Made by a program: the position numbers and the translations under genes
Notes under the pieces: generated by a model
Databases searched by the model: none
Told to the model about the DNA's origin: nothing
What the model saw: only the letters and a program-made list of their open reading frames with translations
Shown here: positions 56,755 to 64,000 of the stretch, piece by piece
Position numbering within the stretch: the stretch's first letter is position 1
Layout: each line of letters begins with the position of its first letter
Assembly (NCBI GenBank): GCA_049522195.1
Contig: JBEKOB010000004.1
Span: 20,809 to 84,808, forward strand
From: Bacteroidota bacterium
GTDB taxonomy: Bacteria; Bacteroidota; Ignavibacteria; UBA10030
DNA length: 64,000 bases
Reading direction: 5' to 3'

Positions 56755-58026
56755 ATGGAAAAGTATATCCTACCAGACATCCCCGGGCTGCACAAGATCG
56801 ACGTCTACGAATCGCATGGCGGTTACAAGGCGTTTCGGAAAGCGCTTGACATGAAGCCCGAAGAGGTGACGGATGAGGTGAAGAAGTCCGGCTTGCGCGG
56901 GCGAGGCGGTGCGTGTTTTCCCACCGGCCTCAAGTGGACTTTTATGCCGAAGCAAACCACCAAGCCGAAGTATCTCTGTGTGAACGGTGACGAGTCGGAG
57001 CCCGGGACATTCAAGGATCGGCAGATATTCGAGTTCAATCCTCATCTGCTCATTGAGGGGACTCTCATCGGTGCATATGCGATGGGGATAACAACCTCCT
57101 TCATCTACATTCGCGGTGAATATGGGAAGTGGATCAGGATGCTCGAGAAGGCACTCGCTGATGCTTACGCGAAGGGCTACGTCGGAACGAACATCCTCGG
57201 CACTTCATTTTCCACCACGATCATTATTCATAAGGGGGCCGGTGCCTACATCTGCGGTGAGGAATCATCGCTGATGAACTCAATCGAAGGCATGCGCGGC
57301 TATCCACGCATCAAACCTCCGTTCCCCGCACAATTCGGATTGTGGGGCTACCCGACGACGATCAACAACGTCGAAACCATGAGCAACGTCCCACTGATTC
57401 TCAACAATGGATGGGAATGGTATTCCAAGATCGGAGCCGCCAAACACCCGGGACCGATTCTCGTTGGCGTCAGCGGACACGTGAACAAGCCGGGTGTCTA
57501 CGAATTGCCGACCGGTGTGCCTCTTCTTGAGATCATCTACAAGCATGCAGGGGGTGTCCCCGGTGACAAGAAGATCAAGGCCGTGATTCCAGGTGGTTCA
57601 TCAACAATGATCATGCGCGGCGACCAGCTCGAAGGGGCCTGTATGGATGCGGAATCGCTCAAGGCAGCCGGCTCCTCGGTCGGTACCGCCGGCCTGATTG
57701 TCATGGACGAAGACACTGACTTGATCAGAGTAATCACGCGCATATCGATGTTCTACTATCACGAGTCCTGCGGCCAATGCACACCATGCCGCGAGGGAAC
57801 CGGATGGCTCTGGAAGATTCTGAAGCGGTTCGAGAAGGGAGAAGGTAGGTCAGGGGACATCGATCTGTTGATGGATATTGCCAACAACATCGAAGGGAAC
57901 ACCATCTGTGCTCTCGGCGATGCTGCAGCCTGGCCGGTTCAATCGATGATCCGTCGATTCCGCGATGAGTTTGAAAAAAGAGTCGAGCCTGCTCCGGCCC
58001 GAGTTGAGCAGGAAGCCGCAGCCTGA
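56755..58026 (+). CDS. nuoF: NADH-quinone oxidoreductase subunit F
   Basis: 423 aa. Carries GLRGRGGACFPTG, NGDESEPGTFKDR, GAGAYICGEESSL and ESCGQCTPCREG. Confidence 0.9.
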   Translation: MEKYILPDIPGLHKIDVYESHGGYKAFRKALDMKPEEVTDEVKKSGLRGRGGACFPTGLKWTFMPKQTTKPKYLCVNGDESEPGTFKDRQIFEFNPHLLIEGTLIGAYAMGITTSFIYIRGEYGKWIRMLEKALADAYAKGYVGTNILGTSFSTTIIIHKGAGAYICGEESSLMNSIEGMRGYPRIKPPFPAQFGLWGYPTTINNVETMSNVPLILNNGWEWYSKIGAAKHPGPILVGVSGHVNKPGVYELPTGVPLLEIIYKHAGGVPGDKKIKAVIPGGSSTMIMRGDQLEGACMDAESLKAAGSSVGTAGLIVMDEDTDLIRVITRISMFYYHESCGQCTPCREGTGWLWKILKRFEKGEGRSGDIDLLMDIANNIEGNTICALGDAAAWPVQSMIRRFRDEFEKRVEPAPARVEQEAAA

Positions 58027-58050
58027 CCAGGCCACGGCAACGAATGGGAT

Positions 58051-58104
58051 GAAGCCCGTGTGAACCGCCTCCAAGAAGGAGCGGACACGGGCTTCTCGCT
58101 TTTG
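58051..58104 (+). terminator. rho-independent terminator after nuoF
   Basis: GAAGCCCGTGT-loop-ACACGGGCTTC followed by TCGCTTTTG. Confidence 0.7.
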
Positions 58105-58218
58105 TCAAAGGCGCCACGTTTCCCTGCAATTTGAAACAAATTGCCGGGAATTGTTGTAGATCAAAGACCTTAGAAGTGCAGCTCGAGAAGGAACACGAGG
58201 GGATTTCGATACGTCTAT

Positions 58219-58851
58219 ATGACTGAATCCGGTCACATAAATCAGCCGATGGCATATCAAACGCTAGCGCAGCCGGCGGAAGCACCACTCCATACAAAAA
58301 GCGATGAAGTACTGATCACCCTGGTTCACCAGGGCGAGCAAGGTGCATTTCGAGTTTTGCTGGAGCGATACCAGGAACGGATCAGAAATCTGATCTATTC
58401 TATTTTTCATGACCAGCAGGTGGTTGATGATTTGTCGCAGGAAGTATTCATCAAAGCATATGAGGCACTTCCCCAGTTCAGGTTTCAGTCCTCCTTTTAT
58501 ACTTGGTTGTATCGCATCGCCGTCAACAAGAGCAGGGATGAGCTTCGCAAGCGGAAGGTCCGCCGGTGGTTCTCGCTTCAGACCATGCTCGACTCCGGCG
58601 ACAAAGAACTGGGATCGAAAATTCTCGTTGAACAGCATGACAATGAGCTGCAGGAGCTGCTCGCTGCCGGTCTGAAAACGCTGCCGGAGAAGTATCGTAT
58701 CGCCATTATCTTGAAAGATGTAGATGGACTATCCTATGAAGAAATTGCGGAGGTTATGGAATGCGAGATTGGTACAGTGAAGTCCAGGTTGTCGCGCGCA
58801 CGCGCTATGCTCAGAAAAGTTCTTGAGCCTTTGCTGAAGGAGAATGTGTAA
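58219..58851 (+). CDS. ECF-subfamily RNA polymerase sigma factor
   Basis: 210 aa. Region 2 (DLSQEVFIKAY, FYTWLYRIAVN) and region 4 (LSYEEIAEVMECEIGTVKSRLSRAR). Confidence 0.85.
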   Translation: MTESGHINQPMAYQTLAQPAEAPLHTKSDEVLITLVHQGEQGAFRVLLERYQERIRNLIYSIFHDQQVVDDLSQEVFIKAYEALPQFRFQSSFYTWLYRIAVNKSRDELRKRKVRRWFSLQTMLDSGDKELGSKILVEQHDNELQELLAAGLKTLPEKYRIAIILKDVDGLSYEEIAEVMECEIGTVKSRLSRARAMLRKVLEPLLKENV

Positions 58852-58852
58852 A

Positions 58853-60373
58853 ATGAAATCTCAGACAAAGGCCGAACTTTCACAACTGCTTTCATCCTAT
58901 CTTGACGGCGAACTCGATGAAGTGCAAGTTCATGCTGTTGAGACAATGCTTTCGCAAAATCCCGATGCTCAGAAAGAGCTCGAAGAACTCAGCGCACTGA
59001 AGAATCTGCTGGCCTCGAAGAGACCACTTCCGCCGGCGTACAGTTTCTGGACCCGCTTCTCGGCTGAGCTGGAGCGAAGAAAGAAGGAAGAAGAGAACCT
59101 CCTTCCGTTCCCGCGAAAGTATTTGCCGGTGGTCTCGATTGGGGTCGCTGTTGTCGTGCTCGTCGTCGGCATTGTGCTCTTTCAGCAGCGGGCGACGCTC
59201 GTTGAATACGTGAGCAGGCAATCAGAACGTGTGCAGAAGGCGGTTGAAGAGAACGTTCTCAAAGGCACCCTCATGCCACTCTTCACTCACATCGACAAGA
59301 ACCAGGCACTGCAGTTCGCGATGTTTGGTACGCTGCCTTTGGATGCAAAGGCTGAAACTGAACTGCGCGTGAACGAAGATTCCGCCCGCGGATACACGAT
59401 CGATGTCAATAAGATGGGAGAGCGGAAGACACCCACCGTCACAGTAAAGGAATTCGTCGACGAGGTGAAGCCGAGCCGGGTTCAGCTCGAGATCATCGAT
59501 TCATTGCTCGATCTCGGGCGAGCAAAACTCGTGGGTTCGGTGCTCGTTGCCGAGGACAAAGCGATGGCTGTCAGTCCCGAGCTCTCAAGGTTGAATCGCG
59601 TCATGCTTTCCGGTATTGCCGCTACACTGGAACCGGATCAACGCGTGAGGTTCGAGCACTTCCTGCGATCCAGGAAGGCGCCGTATATGCTTGCCGGCGG
59701 ACGGCGAGGGCCTGAAACACCCGAACGCATCTACCATTCCATGAGAACGCCCGTAGGTATGTCGCAGTTCGTCGTGGTCTCCGCGGACACTGTTCTCGTA
59801 TCCCGGCTTGATATCGATCTTGACAGCTTGCGACGTCACGCAGGCGAGATGGTGGAGGCGCAGAGGGATGTGGCAGCGCACATGAACAGTCTGATACGAC
59901 GGATGGCTGAGCGGGAGATGGCTGTGAGTCAGCGCTATAAGATGCCTGCTCCTCGTGTCAGGGTCTCGGGGGATTCGGAATCGTTCAGCATCCAGGTCAG
60001 CACAGGCTGGGAGGGAATGCCGTCCATGCCGATGGAGCCCTGGGTCAGGCCGCGTATGTCTGAGCAGGTTGGAACAGGCAGACGTAAACCGAGTAGTGGA
60101 TTCAATGTGCAGTTTGGCGGAGACGACAGCTCGTTCTTCTTCAATCTCGATATGGACAGCTTGATGGTGCGGATGGGGAAGGCGGGCGAGGGAGGTGGAA
60201 TTGAGGTATTCAAAGGCGATCCGAAGATGCGCAATCGCGTGTTCCAGTTCGACGAGCAGGGGTTCCAGCAATTCCTCGACAGCGCGTTCCAGGGTAAAAA
60301 GCACAAGATGTCGAAGCTGGACTCCCTTATGAATGAGATGGACAAGCGTGAGCGCATGAAGAGGGAGAAATAA
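58853..60373 (+). CDS. putative anti-sigma factor (single-pass membrane protein with large C-terminal domain)
   Basis: The ATG lies 1 nt after the sigma stop. N-terminal LSSYLDGELDE anti-sigma helix and one TM helix (VVSIGVAVVVLVVGIVLF). The ~390-aa C-terminal region has no recognisable motif. Confidence 0.55.
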   Translation: MKSQTKAELSQLLSSYLDGELDEVQVHAVETMLSQNPDAQKELEELSALKNLLASKRPLPPAYSFWTRFSAELERRKKEEENLLPFPRKYLPVVSIGVAVVVLVVGIVLFQQRATLVEYVSRQSERVQKAVEENVLKGTLMPLFTHIDKNQALQFAMFGTLPLDAKAETELRVNEDSARGYTIDVNKMGERKTPTVTVKEFVDEVKPSRVQLEIIDSLLDLGRAKLVGSVLVAEDKAMAVSPELSRLNRVMLSGIAATLEPDQRVRFEHFLRSRKAPYMLAGGRRGPETPERIYHSMRTPVGMSQFVVVSADTVLVSRLDIDLDSLRRHAGEMVEAQRDVAAHMNSLIRRMAEREMAVSQRYKMPAPRVRVSGDSESFSIQVSTGWEGMPSMPMEPWVRPRMSEQVGTGRRKPSSGFNVQFGGDDSSFFFNLDMDSLMVRMGKAGEGGGIEVFKGDPKMRNRVFQFDEQGFQQFLDSAFQGKKHKMSKLDSLMNEMDKRERMKREK

Positions 60374-60423
60374 TAGCCAGAGCCCCGACAATAGTCTCTT
60401 CGATCAAGACCTTTTTGAAACCG

Positions 60424-60462
60424 GAGCCCCGATGCGCAGAACCGCACCGGGGCTCGTCTTTT
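60424..60462 (+). terminator. rho-independent terminator after anti-sigma gene
   Basis: GAGCCCCG-loop-CGGGGCTC followed by GTCTTTT. Confidence 0.7.
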
Positions 60463-60536
60463 CAGGCGGTTTGCTTATCTTTTCACTCTTGCCTATATTC
60501 ACTTCACAGAAACCTACCGGAGAGTGACAGACCTAC

Positions 60537-61016
60537 TTGTCAGAACACATCAAAGTTCGCATTAGCCGCGTTGGTCAGGGGGAGAACGACCTACCGCTCC
60601 CGGCATATGCAACGCAAGGGTCAGCGGGGATGGACCTTGTTGCAGCTGTCGAGTCCGATGTAAGTATCAATCCAGCCGAGACCATTCTTGTTCCAACCGG
60701 GATCAGCATCGAGCTTCCCGAAGGATACGAAGCGCAGGTGCGCCCGCGCAGCGGACTCGCAATCAAGCACCAGATTGGAATACTGAACTCGCCCGGGACG
60801 ATTGATTCTGACTACCGCGGCGAAGTAAAGATCGTTCTCACGAATTTTGGAAAACAACCGTTTACCATCCGGCGTGGTGATCGCATTGCTCAGATGATTG
60901 TCCAGAGATACGCAAGGGTTGAATGGGAGGAAGCGCAGTCACTGGATAAGACAGTTCGCGGCGGTGGAGGATTCGGCCACACTGGTGTTTCGTCGTCCAA
61001 GAGGGAGAAATCATGA
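60537..61016 (+). CDS. dut: dUTP diphosphatase
   Basis: TTG start. Carries [20 protein letters not shown] and GGFGHTG. Confidence 0.85.
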   Translation: MSEHIKVRISRVGQGENDLPLPAYATQGSAGMDLVAAVESDVSINPAETILVPTGISIELPEGYEAQVRPRSGLAIKHQIGILNSPGTIDSDYRGEVKIVLTNFGKQPFTIRRGDRIAQMIVQRYARVEWEEAQSLDKTVRGGGGFGHTGVSSSKREKS

Positions 61017-62323
61017 GTGCCAAAAGGCGCCCGCAGAAGGCGCGTTCCGTAGCTGAACCACAGCTTGAAGGGCTCGATACGCACTGGGATTCGCTTTTTC
61101 AATCACTCGGTCGCATGGAGATTGTCCTGCTTATCGGAGCGATTCTGCTCCTCCTCGTTCTGATCTATTCAATTCAGGTAGTTCTGTCACCGTTTCTTCT
61201 TCTTGGCGCCATCCTGTTTCTCCTCTATCCGTTGAGGGGCTACAACCTCGCCAAGAAAATCATGTGGCTGAGCATCATCCTTTTCGGCATCTGGTTTGTC
61301 TCATCGATTTCATCCCTGCTCGCGCCGTTCGCGGTCTCTCTGGTGCTTGCCTATGTGCTGAATCCGATCGTCGAGCGGTTTGAAAAATGGAGCGTCCCGC
61401 GCTGGGTCACTTCCATGATTCTGATCCTGATATTGCTCGGATTGATCGTGCTCTTCTTCTTCCTGGTGCTCCCGGTGGTCTTGACGCAGGTTGAAGGAAT
61501 CCTCGATTCAATGTCGAAGCTCATTACCGATTTCAATAGCTGGATCTGGAACAGTAGCATGGTCAAGGCCCTTGAGAAATACGGTGTGTCGGCAGACGAG
61601 GTGCGAAACACCATTACGAGCAAGTTCATGCCAAAGCTTGAGGATATCCTCAAGGACCTCGTTCGGGGGCTTCTCTTGCTGGCAAGCAGTATCAGCAACC
61701 TTGTGACGCAGATCTTTTATGTCGTTCTAGTGCCGTTCTTGACGTTCTATATTCTGGCGGACTTGCCGAAGATTCATTATCGCTTCACAATGCTTTTCAG
61801 CCATCGATACCGAGATCGCGTTGAATTATATCTGAAGACAGCAGACGAAGTCATTGGTCTGTATCTCCGTGGAGCCGTAACCGTTGCTTTGATGCAGGGA
61901 GTCATCATTGCGACAATCTTTTCGATCGTCGGCATCAAGTACGCATTGATGATCGGCGTCATCGCTGCGATTCTGGATCTCATTCCGTACTTCGGCCTTA
62001 TTGTTACGATGGTGCTCGCGGCTATCGTGACGATGTTCAGCGATCCGCCTGTCCTGCCGAAAGTTCTGTTCGCAGCTCTTTCCATAGAGTCGTTGCGGAT
62101 TTTTGAGACGATGTACCTCTCGCCGCGAATCGTCGGGAGCAAAGTTGGTCTGCATCCCTTGCTTGTGATTTTCTCGATCCTCGTGTTCTTTTACTTCCTC
62201 GGCTTCCTCGGCTTGCTCATCGCCGTTCCGACAACTGCGGTGATCATCACATTCATTAAGGAATGGGAAGCAACTCGAAAGGGGATACCTCCGGGGCGGT
62301 ATCACGCGCCTCCGGCGGAGTGA
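61013..62323 (+). CDS. AI-2E family transporter (third copy in window)
   Basis: The ATG overlaps the dut stop (ATGA). Polytopic, with [11 protein letters not shown] and [14 protein letters not shown] motifs as in the 40.6-42.7 kb paralogs. Has a longer N-terminal leader. Confidence 0.75.
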   Translation: MSAKRRPQKARSVAEPQLEGLDTHWDSLFQSLGRMEIVLLIGAILLLLVLIYSIQVVLSPFLLLGAILFLLYPLRGYNLAKKIMWLSIILFGIWFVSSISSLLAPFAVSLVLAYVLNPIVERFEKWSVPRWVTSMILILILLGLIVLFFFLVLPVVLTQVEGILDSMSKLITDFNSWIWNSSMVKALEKYGVSADEVRNTITSKFMPKLEDILKDLVRGLLLLASSISNLVTQIFYVVLVPFLTFYILADLPKIHYRFTMLFSHRYRDRVELYLKTADEVIGLYLRGAVTVALMQGVIIATIFSIVGIKYALMIGVIAAILDLIPYFGLIVTMVLAAIVTMFSDPPVLPKVLFAALSIESLRIFETMYLSPRIVGSKVGLHPLLVIFSILVFFYFLGFLGLLIAVPTTAVIITFIKEWEATRKGIPPGRYHAPPAE

Positions 62324-62329
62324 TACTCT

Positions 62330-63010
62330 ATGGCGGGGACATTGTTTCTGGTCGCAACGCCGATCGGCAATTGGGAAGATATCACTCTTCGCGCTCTTCG
62401 TGTCTTGAAGGAAGTGGATCTCGTGGTGTATGAAGAGCGGAAGGAGGGATCGCGTCTCTTTCGGCACTACGGAATCGAAAAACCCGTCGAGAGTCTCAAT
62501 GAGCACAACGAGGCAGCTTCATCGCAGGTCATCCTCGATCGTATCAAGGGGGGAATGTCGGTGGCCCTCATCTCTGACGCAGGGACCCCTGTGTTTTCTG
62601 ATCCAGGACAAGTCCTTGTTGAACGGGCCATACGGTTGGGAATTCCTGTTGTCCCGATCCCCGGCGCCTCTTCCCTCATGCCCGCACTGATCGTCTCCGG
62701 TTTCTCAATTCGTGAGTTTCTTTTCGAAGGCTTCCTTTCTCCAAAGCGAACCCGGCGCATTGCGGAGTTGCAGCAGTTGAAGCGTGAACCCCGCACGATT
62801 GTGCTTATGGATGCCCCGTACCGATTGGTTCAACTTGTGCGGGACATTGCCGATGTGATTGGGCCTTCGCGCCGGATTTGCGTCGCATTCGACCTTACCC
62901 TGCCGACGGAAAAGATTTTCCACGGCACAGCGCCCGAGCTCTACAAGCAGTTCGCGAAAGAGGAGAGAAAAGGGGAGTTTGTGCTGCTGATCGAGGGGGT
63001 GGGGAAGTAA
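62330..63010 (+). CDS. rsmI: 16S rRNA (cytidine1402-2'-O)-methyltransferase
   Basis: 226 aa. GTLFLVATPIGN..DIT.RA...L and DAGTP..SDPG. Confidence 0.85.
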   Translation: MAGTLFLVATPIGNWEDITLRALRVLKEVDLVVYEERKEGSRLFRHYGIEKPVESLNEHNEAASSQVILDRIKGGMSVALISDAGTPVFSDPGQVLVERAIRLGIPVVPIPGASSLMPALIVSGFSIREFLFEGFLSPKRTRRIAELQQLKREPRTIVLMDAPYRLVQLVRDIADVIGPSRRICVAFDLTLPTEKIFHGTAPELYKQFAKEERKGEFVLLIEGVGK

Positions 63011-63012
63011 CA

Positions 63013-63096
63013 CACTTCGATATTCATTATTGGACATTCGGCGTTGGATATTCGCGTGAATGTCTAATATCGAATATTGAATGTTGAATCATGAAG
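63013..63096 (+). repeat. twelve heptamers arranged as an inverted array (6x NNATTSR then 6x NNNGAAT) forming a long imperfect hairpin
   Basis: The units are cacttcg, atattca, ttattgg, acattcg, gcgttgg, atattcg, then cgtgaat, gtctaat, atcgaat, attgaat, gttgaat, catgaag. Positions 63022-63053 pair with 63058-63089 around the loop gcgt. The pairing gives 22 Watson-Crick, 6 G-U and 4 mismatches. Confidence 0.8.
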
Positions 63097-63111
63097 TTTG
63101 GTATAGGAAAC

Positions 63112-63149
63112 AAGCAGGGGCCGCCTCGTTGCTGAGACGGCCCCTGCTT
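63112..63149. terminator. bidirectional terminator hairpin (rsmI / pdaD)
   Basis: AAGCAGGGGCCG-loop-CGGCCCCTGCTT. GC-rich 12-bp stem between convergent genes. Confidence 0.7.
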
Positions 63150-63169
63150 CTTGATGAGCGCAGCTATGT

Positions 63170-63715
63170 TTACGGGATCAGAACCGCGACTGCGATAACC
63201 GTCGTCCAAATCCCCTTCTTGTCCCCTTCAGCGGACTGCGTGACGTTGAAGGTTCGAACGATCTTACCGGACATCTTGAACATCTTTTCCCGTTCGTCCC
63301 ACGCGGTGTTCGGATCGAACTCCAATCCGAGTGTCGAGGCCAGCATGGTTGCTGCCAGATCTTCGGCATAGTCTCCCGCGCGCTCGTCGGTCTCGCCGAA
63401 CGGATGGTGCTCGGAGAGATACCCGTACAGGTTCTGGTCTGCAGGTTGAGCGACGCCGATTGCCGATGCAACCAACCTATTGGGTTCATTGGTGGCGTTC
63501 CGGGCCATCACGCAGAAGGTGATGGCGCCCGGCTCAAGAAGCTTCAGGCCATCCTCTTTAGGGATTCGTTTGCAGTTGGGTGGATAGATGCTTGAGACGG
63601 TGACGAGGTTGCATTTCTCGATGCCGGCATCTCTCAGGGCAAGCTCGAACGATTGCAGATAGTCTTTATGCCGGCCGACCCCTTTGGTGAAAAACATTTT
63701 GGTTGGTACGAACAC
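63170..63715 (-). CDS. pdaD: pyruvoyl-dependent arginine decarboxylase
   Basis: 181 aa with a GTG start (an ATG at 63697 is an alternative). [23 protein letters not shown] and the VTVSSI self-cleavage serine context. Confidence 0.8.
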   Translation of the reverse strand: MFVPTKMFFTKGVGRHKDYLQSFELALRDAGIEKCNLVTVSSIYPPNCKRIPKEDGLKLLEPGAITFCVMARNATNEPNRLVASAIGVAQPADQNLYGYLSEHHPFGETDERAGDYAEDLAATMLASTLGLEFDPNTAWDEREKMFKMSGKIVRTFNVTQSAEGDKKGIWTTVIAVAVLIP

Positions 63716-63849
63716 TTCCTCATCTCCCTCTTAAGTATTGTGATAGATACAAATAAACGATCTCTCTATAAGATGCTCACACAAAGGCGCAAAGGAAATC
63801 CCGTCAAAAGGTTGCGCGGCCTGGCGTCATCGTGTGAGATGACTTAGTT

Positions 63850-64000
63850 TTATCGATGAACTATTTTCAAAAACTTCCGTTTGCCTACCTTCACGATGAA
63901 CTCTTTGCCTTGCGGTATTCCCGCATTGAGGTCCGTCACTCGCTCTCCATTAATAGAGACTCCCCCTTGCTCAATCAGCCGCCGTGCCTCGCTTTTCGAT
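63850..64000 (-). CDS. tyrS: tyrosyl-tRNA synthetase, C-terminal S4 domain (5' part outside window)
   Basis: The minus-strand frame reads SKSEARRLIEQGGVSINGERVTDLNAGIPQGKEFIVKVGKRKFLKIVHR* with the stop at 63850-63852. It is absent from the ORF track because it has no start codon inside the window. Confidence 0.7.
   Translation of the reverse strand, partial: SKSEARRLIEQGGVSINGERVTDLNAGIPQGKEFIVKVGKRKFLKIVHR

Noticed and set aside
59585-60391. 268-aa ORF antisense to the anti-sigma factor gene. I considered it because the sense gene's C-terminal domain is itself uncharacterised.
   Set aside because: The sense ORF is translationally coupled to the ECF sigma gene and has the expected anti-sigma helix plus TM. 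The antisense product is His/Arg/Leu-rich low-information sequence.

Overview
This is a 64 kb bacterial chromosomal window, densely coded and almost entirely core metabolism and housekeeping. I found no transposase, integrase, phage, CRISPR or recognisable defense genes.

Gene content in order:
- Start of window: tdh (5' end cut by the window edge), acpS, an adenylate-forming ligase, a stand-alone ACP, two tandem Kbl-like alpha-oxoamine synthases, and a DUF1624 membrane protein.
- rmuC, two csp genes, pfk, a secreted GH28, qor, aat, and a DUF1566/DUF6174 pair.
- purC, archease-rtcB, mrp/apbC, and nfu.
- On the minus strand: GWxTD-pdxA-ftsE, pepA-nrnA, korAB, rpsF-rpsR-rplI, prs-ctc-pth, tRNA-Gln(UUG), and a large M14 peptidase.
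- bioY, a PDZ/GAF histidine kinase with an OmpR-type regulator and an OMP, and a DEDD exonuclease.
- Two tandem AI-2E permeases, then cinA-thpR-recA-recX, pgsA-pgpA, and rpmB.
- tsaD-trpA, chorismate mutase, mltG, and an Ig-like lipoprotein.
- nuoABCD, a repeat spacer, nuoEF, an ECF sigma/anti-sigma pair, dut, a third AI-2E permease, rsmI, pdaD, and the tyrS 3' end.

The gene repertoire (GWxTD protein, KorAB, PdaD, SbsA-type Ig lipoprotein) is compatible with an FCB-group (Bacteroidota/Ignavibacteriota-like) lineage. I cannot verify that from the sequence alone.

Most interesting observations:
1. A ligase + ACP + divergent alpha-oxoamine synthase module sits inside a tdh-kbl operon. This is a candidate ACP-dependent amino-ketone or sphingoid-like lipid pathway.
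2. A 34-nt double-hairpin element occurs twice. All of its sequence differences are structure-neutral or compensatory. One copy interrupts a duplicated tRNA-Gln 3' fragment; the other lies between nuoD and nuoE.
3. There are five short-period (7-8 bp) degenerate tandem arrays at four intergenic loci. One of them folds into a ~70-nt plus-strand-specific hairpin.
4. The conserved N-terminal coding region of mltG has no canonical start codon.

All functional calls are by-eye motif or homology recognition; no database search was run.
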